A stretch of DNA of 64,000 bases from the human T2T-CHM13v2.0 reference genome, Homo sapiens, in the NCBI RefSeq assembly GCF_009914755.1, contig NC_060928.1, one strand, 5' to 3'. Numbering within the stretch: the stretch's first letter is position 1; each line of letters opens with the position of its first letter. A program made the translations under genes and the position numbers. The notes beneath the pieces were generated by a model that had not been told where the DNA came from, did no database searches, and was given only the letters and a program-made list of their open reading frames with translations. Shown here one piece after another: positions 1-15,310 of the stretch.

Positions 1-1789
1 CACTCAGAAGACTTTTAAGTATGCCATGGGAGATTCTACCCATAGTCTCTATAGCACTTGTATTTCTTCAGCTAATTATATGAATACATTAATTAACAGT
101 GGCAAGGACAAGCCTCAGCCCTCTAAAGGCAGGCAGTGACTTTACAATTCACAGAGAATAAATTGGAATCAAAATAAGGCTTGGCTTCTGTCAATGGTGT
201 GCTGGTGCGTGTGCCAGGCTTAACGCCAGGCTTTCCAAAAGGGAAATAAATAAATATGTATATATGTATATATTATATATATATATAATATACCTGTGTT
301 TATTATTTCTTATAAATTTTACTAATATACACAATGTATAGTATACAAATTATAATAATGAAATACCTAAAACTATTTTACATTTTATATAGCCAATTTA
401 TTCTCACAGAAGGCTTTTGTTTATTTTTGCCAGATTCTTAAATCCATAATCAATCTTTTTACAATTAATGAATGCGGTATCAACGTGAATGTTGGCTAAT
501 ATTCCATTTACCTTAACAAGCAAGGTGAAAGTAAACACGTCAAAGTATGTTGGAACTTTATTCATGTATCAGGGATGTGTTCCTTTGCTGAATCAGATAA
601 TAGTTTGCAAAAACAGTACTGGAAGGATATGTCATCAAATTGTGTGCTATTCACAAGGTAGCAGCTACAGCTACAACATCCACATCCTTTTAGGTTTGAT
701 CTGTGTTCTTAACATTTCTTCCATAGCTTCCTCAAGTCTAGACTACCAAAAATAAATAAATAAATATTAAAGGCTTGATTCTTAGTGTTTGCTGATTTCC
801 ATGGTTTAAGTACTCCCACAATGACAGAATTTAAGCTACCAAAATCCCTGAACACGGAGTTTGGAAGAGATATGCAATAGCACAGCATTATATAGTATTT
901 CCACCAGACGGACACAATAATTATAAATAATCTCAAGAGCACAGATAATATTATGATGTAAGTTAATTAGAAACTAGTGAATTTTGATTATTACCTTTCC
1001 TTTTGGTATAATTTATTTAATTGTAAGTTTAACCACTCCAATTTTCATTATTGGCTGTCTTTAACAACCAGATCACAAAATACCTGACTATTTAATAATC
1101 TGTTCTTGTGAGCCAGTGTGAACCAGCTACGGCACTTCACTGCCTCTTGTTCAAAGTTTACTGGGAACTTGAGTACTGAACATTTTGTTACAGCTTCATG
1201 AATCTAAATTCCTGTCCAGGTAAAAGATTACTGGAGTTACCAGAAAAGAATTTTGTTTAACTTCATCTAAGACTAAGACTATACCACTTAATAAGTCCTA
1301 AATTTGACAAATGCTTTTGAAACTTAATTTGTTAACATTATGAACTTCTTACATCAATGTGTATTTACACATCACTGAAGAACAATAGAGGGTAGTTTAC
1401 ATGGGTTGACATGCTACATAGGCTTAAGGGCTTTCTGTTTCTTTGTTTCCAAAACAGATTACAGTGATCAGAATAGAGGTAGCAGGCAAATAGTCTGCTT
1501 ATTCTCACTGAAGCCATTCAGAGCAAAATTTATTTATGCTATAAAATGCCAAGGCCTATAAAATTCCCAAAGCCCCATCTTTAAGAATGTAAGCAACAGA
1601 TACTTGGATGTACAGACCAGAGTTTGGCCAGAATTCCATTAAGTGATCTTGAGTCCTATCAAAAAGCTAAGCTAAAAGATACATTAAAATAAGTAACATA
1701 TTTAGTTGTGAATAAAACTGTGCCTCTAAAAAGTGAAGAGACAGTGACAAAGCAGAAGGACCAAGAGGGCCAGGAAGGTGGCCTCAAAG

Positions 1790-1970
1790 AAGGTCTGAAT
1801 CCAAATTCCAGTCAAGCGGCTAAACTAACCATGTAACTTTGGGAAGTTATTTAATCAGTCTAATCTTCAATTTCCTCAAAGATAAATTAGAGATTGCAGT
1901 ACTATCAGGATTATATGAGAGACTATTTGAACATTACCTGGCACATAGTAGCAGATCAGTAAGTGACAGT
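1790..1970 (+). mobile_element. MIR SINE fragment
   Basis: Degenerate MIR core (gtaactttgggaagttatttaatc...caatttcctca) and MIR tail (cctggcacatagtagcagatcagtaag); boundaries approximate. Confidence 0.7.
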
Positions 1971-3339
1971 ATCATGAAAACATACTCCCTTCTGCCTAAC
2001 CAGAAAGGCGAAGACTCAGGTGGGAACCTCATTGCGAATACGTGTGAGTAATTACTCAAGATTCTTTTTCTTGGAAGATTTTATTCAAAGGTGAAGTAAG
2101 CAAATACTAGCATTAGCTCCAAGGCTACCTCAGCCCCCAAATATCTGCAACACACAGTTGGAGTTTGTCCTTTGAGTTAAGGCAATGCACATGAAATATG
2201 GGACTCTGAAGCTATACAGTATTTGATCACCATCAAATACAAGATATTTGGAAGTACTGCTAAACCTCTGCAGTCTGTTACAAAACAATAATAAAGCAGA
2301 GGTGTTAAATATCTGCTATCTGCTATTGAAAGAAATACAAACCATTCAAAAGGCACAATTTAGATATGATGAGATTAGAAAATTCCATTTTAGATGCATA
2401 TTTTACCTGAAATTGATTTCCTTAGCCCTCAGTAGCCACTAATTTATTAATCTGTATTAGTTTTTCCATTTCATTTTTCTGAGAGAAGGTGGAGCAAAGA
2501 ACAGGTAACTGATTTAGGTGAGGATGGGAAACTCCTACCACCTGGGAGGGCAGTCTTCACGGCATGAGGCAGTGATGGGCTTGGGCTGACCGCAGCTACT
2601 GGGGAGCAATGGGGGGCAAGACAAGGGAAGAGCTGCTCCAAACAAAATGATTTCATTTTCTAGTTTTTTTGTGAAAACACTTCTGTCCACAGTCATAAAA
2701 TCACTTTCTTTGAGATACACAATATTTTCTTGGCTATTCTCATTAATATAGCAATATTATAACAATTTTGTAAATTTTAAAGAAATTACTGGGACCTTTA
2801 ACTGCAAAAGTCATCTTGTGAGGTAATGAACAAAAAAGAAATGCTTCAACTGAATTAATAGTACTTCTTCATGCTTGTAGGACTCTAGAAAAAGTGTATG
2901 AGCTAGAATTTTGGAAATAGCACGTAACAGAAACAACAGCCAAGTGGGAAATTAAAGTCCAAAAGCAAAAGCAGTGGCAGTTCCAGAATGTTTCCAAAGG
3001 AGAGGCATAGGGGTCATCTTTTAGGTGGAAAGAAAACTAGGGAATTTTCCTTGATACAGTATTTGCAGAGTTTTTGCTTACAGGATATATTTATTTAGAG
3101 TAACTTGGTACCAGGAGTTGGAGGGGGCCCTGACGGAGATTATGAGTGAAATAAAGTCCCTACAAGACAAAAAAAAAAAAAAGTCTCACATTTCTTTGCC
3201 CATATACCTGGAATTGCTAAAATGAGAAGGGAAAAAAATCTAAAATTATATCCTTAGCTGAAAAACTTTACCCAATATTTTTCTGCTTATAAGAAACTAA
3301 GTTTAATCAATAATCAACATTGATTGCCTACAATATGTT

Positions 3340-4530
3340 TGGCATAGAAATTGGTACTGGGTAGGAACAAAATATGTTCTCTGCCCTCTTGTTGCTTAAA
3401 TCAGGAGAGAAGACGGACATCAGGCAAGAAAGTGGTGTGATTGGTTTCAGAGGAGGAGGAAGGATGAGTGGAGATTCAACCTGGTCTAGAGGGTCGGCGA
3501 GGTCTCCCTGAGGAAGTGGCATTCCAAAAGGGGTTGCCTAGGCAAAAGCTGTGAGTTAAGGGGTGAGAGAGCTGAAAGGAGAACAGGAACAGAAAACATT
3601 TCTAGCAGAAGGAACTGAGTGTGGGAAACTCAAGAAGCAGAACGATAAAGAGTCTGAGGAATTTAAAAATCCTATCTGTCTGGAGCTGTGAGGGTGTTAT
3701 CGGCCAAAGTCTGTAAGAAACAGGAAAACCACATTGGTAAGTCTAACAAAGAGAATTGAGAATTGCTTCATAGGCATGAGACAACAAAAGACTATAACTT
3801 CAAGAAACAGGAATCCCTAAGGCTAGGAGTACAAGGAGAAGAGAATAGGGTTACTAGAACCTAGAAGCTTGGAGGAGGGACCAGAGCTGGAACCTAGACC
3901 TCGGAGCAAGGGACTCTGGCCAACAGATCCTGATGGTATCTGTGGGGACACAGTGAGGCTGTTTTGGGTTTTGCAGGGAGGCTGGAGCCCACTGCTATTA
4001 GGGTGAAGAGCTCCTGCTGGGGTGATCTGCATACTCGGGAAAAACTCAAAGGAGCCTGCAATCACCCCTACCTCGTTGTTGCCAGCAGCATCTCATCCTT
4101 ATGCTGCTGTTGTAAGATCAGGAGGCTGTTGCCCTAGTCTAGGTGAGAGAAGGCAGTGACCTGGACTGGGGTGATGTGTAGCAGTTATTTAGTAATATAA
4201 AATCTGAAGAATTTGTGATGGATTACACTGGAAACGGAAGGAAAGGGAAGGAACAAGGACAACTCATAGATTTCACCGGAGCAAGTAGGTGGGTGCTAAG
4301 GCCATGAACCAATACAGGGTTCCAAGTAAGAAAGGAGGGGTTGAAGAACAGAAGTTTAATTTGGGACGCCTATAAGGCATTCAAGCAGGAAGAGGGGCTA
4401 GAGCTTGGGGGACATAAGTGATCTAGAAATATAGTTTGGAAAACTTAGGTAGGACAGATAGTAGCTGAAGCCATGGAAATGAGTAATCTAGCCTAGGAGG
4501 GTATTTAGGTCACCAAAGAGGGCTTGGACA
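3340..4530 (-). mobile_element. Fragmented L2 LINE, probably interrupted by another old element at ~3720-4110
   Basis: Purine-rich + strand with L2-antisense-like motifs (tagtctaggtgagaga...gacctggactgggg; aaggacaactcatagattt; gatagtagctgaagccatggaaatgag). Confidence 0.55.
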
Positions 4531-6682
4531 ATGCTGGAGCAAACTTTTAAAGGAAGCTGTACCATACATGAGCTAAAATGCTTCTCTTTGATCATCCACA
4601 CGTACAGCCGTGAACTGGAGAATTATCACTGAAATATGAGAGACAGCAACATACCAGCAGAAGAAAAGACAATAACCTTATCAGTCGAAATTATTCTGGT
4701 TGTTGCTAAGCAATTTAAATTTGATAGAAGCATAAGTTTACTTCTGAATAAAATTACCTGTCAATTTATACCTTTTTATCAACCGCTATCTTCCACCACT
4801 GGAAAATAATGCAATTGAATCTGACACTCTCTTTAAGAAAGTCTCCACATGCATAGCCAATTGCATTTTGATATGGAATTGCCCCCCTTTTTAATATTAA
4901 TACTTGATTTACAACTGTATATTCATAGTTAAAAACTACCATTTTATTAAAGTATATCAAGTTGTTTTATTCTCCATTATTTTGCTTTTCACTTAATCTT
5001 TTTAATTCCTGCCCCAAATTAGAGTAATTCACTCCAACCAAAGCCTATTGTAAATGTATGCTGCTGGCTAAGTGTTCTCTTTTCAGTTTAAAGGGGCATC
5101 AGTCAGGACTCTCCATTCTTCCCAAAACTGCAGAGTGAAAAGTACAGCTGCTTCTTTCAAGGAAAGTGAAAAAAAAATGAAAAAAACTGAAGCCAAGTGT
5201 TTTGCTTTTCTGTTATTTTAAAATTCAAACTCTCAGAAGAGCTTCAATTTCTGTCTTTGATCGCAAAAGCAATTTATAAATAGGAAGAATTACTAAAGAG
5301 GTGGGATTTATCCTTTTCTTTTAATCCAGATTTTTCTGACATTTCAACTATTTCTAAAAAAAGATGAGAAGGTAAGATCTCTGCAACAGCTCTGCAAGGG
5401 TGAAATAACAGATACAAAGCTTTATAACATTTTTATGTATTGAAGTTTTTAAACTATACTAGAATAAAGTTACAAATTTCAGGTAGTTAGCAAGAAATTT
5501 TGCCTGACTTTTGTATTTTTTTCTCCTCAAATCACCTTACAAAGTGTTTTTAAATCGTGACAACCTCCAGAATTTCTCATTTTATTTGTCTTGGGCTCAT
5601 AAGTCTCTTTCATAGATATTTCAGCAAGGATTGGAAAAGGCAGGGTGAAAAAAAGAGTAAGACTTGCTTCATCATTTTAAAAACATCAGAACTAAAATAT
5701 ATTATGGACATAAATACAAACTTAGAGTTTCCAAAGTGGATACAATTTGTGCAGCTCAATGTTTGATATCTAGATATATTTGTAACATCTCAAAGCACTC
5801 TGCCCTGATTTTTTTAGACAGATTTACAGAACCCAGCTTAAGTTAACAGAAGTTGTAAATTATGTCTAAGTGGAATTTATAAACAAAAGTTAAAGTTGAG
5901 CATGCAAGGGAATATTGAAAAGTTTGCATAATGCTGTCAACATCTACAGTGCCAATGTTCATCCTTTCTTTTGTTATTAGCTGAACTTTTTTCTGTATAC
6001 ATGGATATATGTCTGAGTAAGTACGTGTGTACAGATGTATGTTTTCAAATGAAACAAAGCTGTGCAGTTATTATCGCAGGGGCCGACTGGTCTCTAGGAG
6101 CACGTGCTTCCCCTGGCCTATTAAAATACAGTACCAACATTTCCCTCCTGTAGCATTGTGAGTGTGATCTGACGTGAGCTTGCGTTTCTGGGAAAGCGCC
6201 TGGAGAATAGCAATTTAATTTAGAAACTGCTCAGCGTAAGTGTTGGGTAGGGTTTGACGGTATTGCATCAGGTGATGAGATAAATTTTCAGAGATACCAC
6301 AAAGAAAGGTTGGAAATGTCATCAGAGAGTTTATATTAAGTGTAGTTTTCCTACAAAGAAATTGATTTTAAACACCATTTAAATTTATAATCTGTGTCAG
6401 ATTTCAGTGTTTTATTGCATTACAGAAGTTAGATATTAGTACCTTGTTTTCAAACTGTTTTGGTACCTAGTATGGGCTTTTTCTTGAATTGCAAACATTG
6501 CTATTCTTTTGGATACTATTAAGCTAATAGCCAAAATGGAAATTCGTATGTCATGGAGATGACAAATATGTCTCCTGCTAATTGAAATGCTCTAATGTTG
6601 TTAAATAGTATTTTCGGATATGTTTACTCTTCTATAGCCTTTTTCATTCTTATTATACAGTCAGATGTTAAAATATGTGCAC

Positions 6683-6708
<26 letters not shown>
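6683..6708. repeat. (AT)13 microsatellite
   Basis: Uninterrupted AT dinucleotide run. Confidence 0.95.
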
Positions 6709-6715
<7 letters not shown>

Positions 6716-9307
6716 TGCATATACACACATAATTTTATAGTTGGATTAGACCTAGAATGTCTTCAAAAAAATTATGAAAAAATTCCTCCTTCTCCACTTA
6801 TCATCATTATCTAAAAAGCATGCATTCAGCTCAAATTTTATTGAGCACGCACAATGCATCTTAAGTAGTATTATATATTGTCCCTGAAATTAATAGGGGA
6901 AAAATATTTCAGTCTAGATGAAAATCGTGTTCATTAGTAACCGATATAATGTTATTTCCAAGGATACTCAACTTTATTTTCCTTTTGATGACACTCCGTG
7001 GAGAGAAAAAGTTGTTTAATTCTAAAATTGGACTGTTTCTTCTTAACTGGCCTATCAGCTTGCTTCTCTTCCTGCCTTTTTATTGAATCCATACTTTGTA
7101 TTTCAGTGGCCCATTAAATTCTTCCTGCTTTTTAGAGTTTCTTTGAAAATATCTTGTGAATACTGCAGGAGAAAAATTGCACTGAGTGTTACAAATCTCC
7201 TGTATTCTCTAAACAGGGACAGAAATGTCTTTGGGTTTTGTTTGCTTTGTTTTGTTTTGTTTTTAAAGGAAGGATAGAACATTAACACATGACAACAGTG
7301 AGATTACACAGATAAATTTTTGAGTCCTTTTATCTAGTAAACATTCTAATGACCTACTTCAAAGGCAGGCTGGGAAGAAGCCTCCCTGTCCTCCTGCCAG
7401 AATGAGAGGCGAAGCTCTTTACCACTCATATGGGAGATATGAGGAGACTTTGAATGGATCATTGCTTTTTATGAGTAGTAATGAGGTGAGAAGTATTCTA
7501 GTGTGTGGCACAGGCCTTCATTAAGAAGCGTGAAACAGAATGGCTTATGGTTAAAGGGGGTAATTTGTTCTAACATACTTGCTAAATTGTGTTGTAACCA
7601 TGCCAGTTAACAGCACTATATTTTCCATAGGATTCCTGAGTGCATTTGTGTGCAATTATTCTTCCCATACAAAATTCAGGGATTTTTCCAATAGCTTGTG
7701 TTAACTAGTTGACAATGCTCACTCCTTCAGTGGAAAGTACACGGAGCCCCACCGTTAAAAAGGGGTGAAAGAATCCAGAGATGTTCTCATTCTCTTTCTA
7801 AAGCCAAAGGGTTCTTGTAAAATCAAAAATTCACAGAACCCAAAATTAAATGAATACCATTTGTCCAAAAGGTAACATCAGAAGTAATAGGTAGTTTAAT
7901 AACTACAAAGCTTCAATTTTCAAATATGCATTATAATTAATAGAATCCATAAGAAAGAAAATAAGATTTGGTGGTTTCAAGTCCTTCATTAAAAAAAAAA
8001 GACAAGAAAAACTGAAAAGTAAGAGCAATAATTTTGCTACATTTGTGAGGAAATTCTGCTCATAACAGAACTTGAAGTTCTACAACATACCAAGATTACT
8101 TGTTCAGACTCTTACTGGGAACATTGAGCTAAGATTTTGTTCACTGGAAAAATCTTTCTACTTAGAGAAACATAACATGAAAACATAACATGTTTTTTTC
8201 ACATGACCAACTATCAAACGAGAAAATGTTGTAGGACAGAAACATAAAGGTTTGGACAAGACCCAGAATTTGGGTATGTCATACGGGAAAACTATTTTAT
8301 AAGTGGCAACTTTTTAAGACACATTATTACACGGGAAATGTTATAACATTAAAATTTGAGGGGAATATCCCTATGAATTTTCTGGAATTTTCTTGAAAGG
8401 CAATAACACGAATATGCATTGTTTTATAAAATATTTTGTAACTGATGGCACAATATTATTGTAATAAAAACATTAATTAAATATAATTGATAGACAATCA
8501 CAGACTGAAAATGGAGACTTAAAATTTAAGCACCAAAAACCTTTACAGTGAAACAGGAAGTATTCATGTTTGTCCACCCTCTGGAATTTTTGAGCCTTTG
8601 CTGTGGGGGAGAAGAATTTCCGTTTTGTCACTTTCCATCCATTTCATTATTATTCAGTTTTTGCACATTCGTTATTTGATATTTTGAAAACAATGTTTGC
8701 AATCATAGGTAAGTACATGATTCTAGCTTCAAAAATAAATACTGTCAAACTTAATAGAAACCAGGCTGTGGGCCTCCAATAAATGTAATAGGCCCAGCCT
8801 CTCCTTTCTACTTCTTTTATTGGGTTTTCAGGAAAGTCTATGAAAGAAATTCTAATTGCAGCTGCTCCTAGCCAATGCTTAGGTTCTCTTCCCCTTAGAG
8901 AGGGAAATGGTAGCTCTGGGCTATACGGTGGAATGAGTGGTTTGGTGTTTGTTTTTTGTTTTCAAGCTAATTGAATATGTAGCATAGTAAATAACAAAAA
9001 TTATATTTACACATTGCCTAATTTTCCTCACTGCGCCACAAGGGGTAAACCAGATACAGCTGTTATTTGAATACAAAATAACATCTTATTCAATGCTAAA
9101 TTCACTGACCTAGAATGTTGCCCAGAGAGAACAAATCTTTTTATCAATGTCTGAATAGTTATTCTCAGAATGAATTTCACCTTTCCTCAATTTAACACAA
9201 ATATGAACACTCTGAGTTAATAAGTGACAACTAGGATAGAAAACCTGGAGACTGACATAGGAAGAAATGTACTTTAAAGGGATATTTACCATTCTTTAAG
9301 CTTTCTT

Positions 9308-9404
9308 GTTATTTTTACTTCTTTTTTTTTTAAGAGACAGAGTCTCACTATATTGCCCTGCTGGTCTAGAACTCCTGGCCTCAAAGAATCTCCTCACCTC
9401 TCCC
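9308..9404 (-). mobile_element. 5'-truncated Alu monomer (FLAM-like)
   Basis: T-rich tail then agagacagagtctcactatattgccc...ctggtctagaactcctggcctcaa; perfect 15-bp TSD TCTTTAAGCTTTCTT at 9293-9307 and 9405-9419. Confidence 0.85.
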
Positions 9405-10631
9405 TCTTTAAGCTTTCTTTTGCATTGTGTCTTATTTATATCTGACTGGAAAAATTAAGACTTGTGAGACTGATAAAAAGAAGTAATACAAGGATTATAT
9501 TAATACAGTGTGAAATGAATGTATTTCATTGAAACTGTTCTGAGCTAAGCTGGTCTAATTTTCTTATGACATCAGGGCTTCCCATAACTGGGAATTCTCA
9601 TAGCTTCATGATATCAAATGCCTGCACTGGCTTGCGTGTAGTCTGGAGGTTTCTCTGAAATTAATTTTTTCAAATCAAGAATAAAACAAATATGAAGAAA
9701 CAAAAGCATAATAACTATCAGAAAGAAAATATGTATCCACATATGTTGAGACTAAATGCTATGTAATAAAACATGAGTCCTGAGAGAGAAAATAGCTAAA
9801 ATATTCCATGCCAAGTGTATACTCACACTTGAGAAAAGCTTTTATTGGAAGAGTACTAGTGGTTGCATTTTCATAAGAAAGGTGAAGCCATTTAATAAAA
9901 CTCTTGCATGCTCCAAGCCTCTAGCAGGTGTGAAGGTGACAATCCCATTCATCCAGTAGGAACTACCTGGGCAATTGAAACGATGTGACAGCTCCATTCT
10001 CTCTGTTGTGGACATCTCTACTTAGGTGGGATTAAAGCAGTAGAATGCATAGGAATATCTAAAAAAAAAAGTACAGCTTTATTCTGTTTCATCAAAGTGT
10101 CTGAAAATTGAGGAGTAGAAAGGAAGAGGGATAAATATACTTGGGGCAACACTGGCAGAAGCCAACATTTTAAAGCAATCATTGTTGATCTTTTGATTCT
10201 CCTCTTTTGGTTGTATTAGACATCTTTCCAAATCCTCCTTGTGTGAGTCTCGGAAAGATGCTAAGCAAACTTAAGCATTTCCTTCATGACTTGGCACACT
10301 TAAGGTGGTACCCTAGCCTCCCCAAAGTTTGTCACTGCCATATTAGTCATTACGGTACTTGAAATTTTACCTCTGTTACCTCCATTCAATTACATCTGAA
10401 GATACCCACTCTTGATTTATACTATAACCCAAGGCCCAACTCAAGTGACTTCTACACATAAATTGGACTTATACGCTTCTGCCCATCGGAACCCCCTTGT
10501 CCTGGCTAGTATCTGTATCACATTTATTTTAGGTGGTTTTATTTAATTTCTCTACTTACTATTAGCTTTAGTTTGTTCCTAGATTGTTTCATGATAAACT
10601 CCTGAGGACAAATAACATATATTACAATTTA

Positions 10632-11206
<575 letters not shown>

Positions 11207-13320
11207 CTAGAAAAGGAGAGAGCAAAAAATGAAAGCAAAAATGAATCTGAAATGTTAGATATTTGGAAATGAATGAGAGACTGGTTTGAAGAAATATAAG
11301 AGAACAAAGACATGCTTGCATTTTGAAAGCCGTTTTCCATAAATTCTTCAAGAGCTGAATATGCTAATTTAGCACACTGAACCGGTGATTTGATTTATCC
11401 TGTTCTGGATTTCTGTAATATAAAGAAATTATACTACAGTGAATGTCTAAAAATAGCAAAGTGCAACCAATCATGTTCCTTATTTATTGAAAACCACTAA
11501 GTGAACGTGACATGAGTGGTTCTATTCATGATATTGAAAGAATTCCTTTTTATACCTCACAGAACAGAAAAGCCTTTTATCCTTTTAATCAGAACAACAC
11601 CTTTCCAGATTATCTAACAAGTCAGAAAACCCATTTCTTATAGTATGATATGGCATGTTTTAGGTTGCTGATCAAAACCTCCTTTAATTAAATTGGTCAT
11701 ATATATGAACCCAAAGTATTTAGAATTAAGGTCTCTGTAGTAAGACTAACCCATTTAATTTTCTTATTTATGCTATTCATAACTGAAGGAAATTTAAAGA
11801 AACTGCTAAATACTGCCCATTAATTTTCTCCTTGCTCAATTTTGATGTAGAAATAATTTCGCTTTTATTTGTTTACCAAGAAGTACCATATTTAGGAACA
11901 TTTAGCTAGACGTTTCAAAGCTATAAATAAAATTCTAACTTAATTCTGCAAACTGTTTCGTACCCCAATAACTAGAACCATAGAAAATAACTGGCTGGCT
12001 GCCAAAAAGTAAGGCGTGGGATAGAAAGCCTTTCTAGTATTCAAGTTTCTGAAATGAGAAATTTAAATGAATGCTCCTTATGACGTCAAGAAATCTCCAT
12101 CCTGCTTAGTCCAACTCAAATATTTCCAGTTTTCAAGTTAGTATCTCTGTTTAAAATAAGTAAATGTGGATTGGTCTTCAGTGTTTGTCTGGATACTTTC
12201 TGGCAGTGGAGAAACGGGCATGCAAGGGTTCCCAGATTCACCCCACAGCCTCGCATTAGAGCAAAGGTGTTAATTTCCCTTGTAATTTTTCCTTCTCAAT
12301 AACAGCATGCTCAAACCCAAATATTTCTCAGTATATTATTACAATTTTAAAAAATTGCTGGCTTATCCAATTCTGATCTGAAAAACCTTTCTCTAATTAG
12401 TGTCTTTGCAAAACTGAACTCAGGCAAATTTTAATCCCTCATTTACTGATTTTATTTTAATACTATTACTCAGCATATGTTGGCTGCATTAAACCATTAC
12501 AGTAAAAATTAAAATGAAAGTCATATGATTTATTCCCCTTTAAAAGTGCTCAATTGGTCTAGTAAAAGTCAAGTGCCAAATACCAGATGTCGGATTTAAA
12601 AGAAATTCTGAACAAGAAGGAAAAAACCCTCCCATTACTCTCTTAAGATATTTAGTTGAAATTAATGCCATCCCAGAAAAAAATAATATTAACATATGAA
12701 TACATTAGTCTGAATATATTTGATTTAAGAAAGAAGAGATGCAGGGAATAAAAATAAAAATATATTAATATTTATTGATTTAAACCCCGCTTTTGAAAAC
12801 TACATTTGTATTGCTGTTACACACAATTTTCAAGCCAACTTGATATTTTACAAAGAAAATTAGAGTGGTTGTTTCAATTTAGAATGCAGAAGGTCAGAAT
12901 AGGAAGACAAGAAATAGTATAGATACTTATATCAAGTTTTTATTACTTTTCCTCCAAACTTTTGTTTCTCCTCACTATTTATCAGCATAATTTTTAACCA
13001 AAATCCACTTCCTGGAAAAATAAACTGATGTGCTGAAGTTAATAGAAAGATATGTTCAAAAGAAATAGCCAAATAAAGATAACTACCTTTTCAGTTCTTA
13101 TCATACTTTCAAGACAGCTATTTCATATTCAACACTCCTAAAACATAGTTATTCCCCAACTCCAGATCTTTGCCTACATTACTTTTTTCTTTCAAAAATT
13201 GCTGTTCTCTTTCCAACAGTTAAGACCTACACCTCAAAGATGGTCTAACTATAGCATTTCTTCCATAATTTTTTAAAAATTATTCCTCCCCCACCCACTC
13301 TGCCATAACTACAATGCTGC

Positions 13321-13722
13321 TATAGTGGTCACTGGCTAGCAATTCCCAAAACACTACTGCCTTTCTCCCTGGATGCGGCAAGATTACAGTCCCCGGCTTT
13401 CTTTTTTAGTAAGGTATGGCCATGTGAAAGTAGACTGACCAATGGGCTGTCCGCAGAAGTAGTTATACCCTCTGTATGGGTATTTCCTTTCACTGTGCTG
13501 GCTGCATTTGATTGGCAGTATGATCGTGGCGGAAGTCCGTGCTGGAGGTGGTAGTTCTGGGGTTCCTGATGGCTCCATGCGGTAGATCCTGCCCTCCTGT
13601 TCACCCCAAACCCCAAACCCAGCCCTCCGTCCTATTGAACTTTACATAGCATAAAATATTATACTGTGTTTATCCACTGAGATTTCTCAGTTCCTCAGCA
13701 GCTGACAATATCTTAACTAATG
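13321..13722 (+). mobile_element. Old MaLR solo LTR (MLT1H/J-like)
   Basis: MLT1-like core gattacagtccc...aggtatggccatgtga...gaccaatggg...gcagaagt and 3' end ccactgagattt...cagcagc...aactaatg. Confidence 0.65.
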
Positions 13723-14049
13723 TAAGTAAAATTATGATCTCTCAGTTGACAGAATATACATAATATTTTGTGTTTTTCTTGTCACTGCCTATATTCTCCT
13801 TATTTGTTAATGATACCTCTTCTGACAAGTTCCTTAAAGTCAGGAACTCCTCTTTTTTTTCAGCTTTTATTCCTTACAGCCTCTGGTAATAAGTAGATGC
13901 CTAATGAATTGCTCTTTATCTGTCAATCTGAGTTTATTATGCTACCCAAAACTAACAGTCTCTTGGTTCATTCATTTATTATTTTATTCCTTTATTTATC
14001 CAAAATATCTGTTGCATCTTTGCCATTTGTCAGTGCATTAGACACCTTT

Positions 14050-14505
14050 GGGATATCTTCCCAGCTCACATTAACTCCCCATTCGTAAGGGGTGACCTTC
14101 GACTATAGTCTCAGTGCCTAAGCTTGTGGCTGACTTGACCAGAGTACATTATCTCACTCAAGCTGGGCCAGTTAGATCCGGTCCCCAGGCAAGTTGCTAG
14201 GAAATAGCTAGTTCATCCTAGCTCATGACTGAAATTGTACTCTACCTACTTGAAAGCATTGGCAGCTATGTAATGCCACATCGACCTGAGAAGCCCAAAA
14301 AAGTATAGAGCAAAGAAGAAAAATAAAATAAGCACCCCCAAAACGTAAAACCCTGAAGCCTCTCCATGGCCTGTCTGCAATTATTTCCTTAGACCAGCTT
14401 GAATTCTACCACTGTGCTCTATAGCTTAACTATACATTACCTGTTTTGTATAAGCTATGTCAGGATGGCTCCTGTTACTTGCAACTAATAAAATTTTAAT
14501 TAATC
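14050..14505 (+). mobile_element. Old MaLR LTR fragment (MLT1J/K/L-like)
   Basis: 3' end taagct...ctgttacttgcaact...aattaat resembles the MLT1J/K terminus; start approximate. Confidence 0.5.
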
Positions 14506-15310
14506 AAACAAGACATTTTGCTTTTCCCAGGGATACAATGATGAACAAGAGATATATAGCTCTTACTCTTATAGTAAAACCAGTAGGTGGCAATTCAGTA
14601 ACTTTGCAAGGGAAAAAAATGAACTTATTTTTCAACCCTCTCAGATGCTGATTTTCCTTCCTTTTGAAGAAAAAGATTTGGGGGTGATTTTCATTTGTGC
14701 TACACATGAAACAAGAGTTTTATTATTCATGATAATATCACTTTCTCCTCTCCTAATGTTTTTTTCTCTTGTTATTTTGCGATTCCAAAGTGTAACAAAA
14801 ATGGTAAATTTAAACATCGGAAAAAGAAGTCAAATACATCTGTGTTGAAAAGAGAAAGGTGGGAAACTTTGAATTGGGGTGATGGTAATGGCGATGTGAC
14901 AAAGTGGAAAGATATAAAACATTAGTGAGATGAAAGACGCGGAACTTAGGAACTAACTACACACAAGAACAACAGAGGGGAGAACCAAGATGGCTGTGTT
15001 TCAAGCATGAGTCACTAGGAAAATGGCGCAAGACCAGGATGCTGGTTAAAGGGAAAAAAATGACACATGGCATATTGCTGCATTTCAGAAAGTCTCCATT
15101 CTCAGGGTACATCAAGATATTTTGGAGATCTTTGAAAAGATACAATTGCCCCTCCTTCAGCCCCAGAGATGATGAATCCATTGGTCAGGAGTGATTCTGT
15201 GTATTAGTGTTTTTAAAAGCCCATGTTGATGGGATTGAGAACAAAATTCATTTGAAGTGTCTGGCTCTTCCACAAAAGTATTTGCTTGTTTACTTTCTAA
15301 AAGATGTTTC

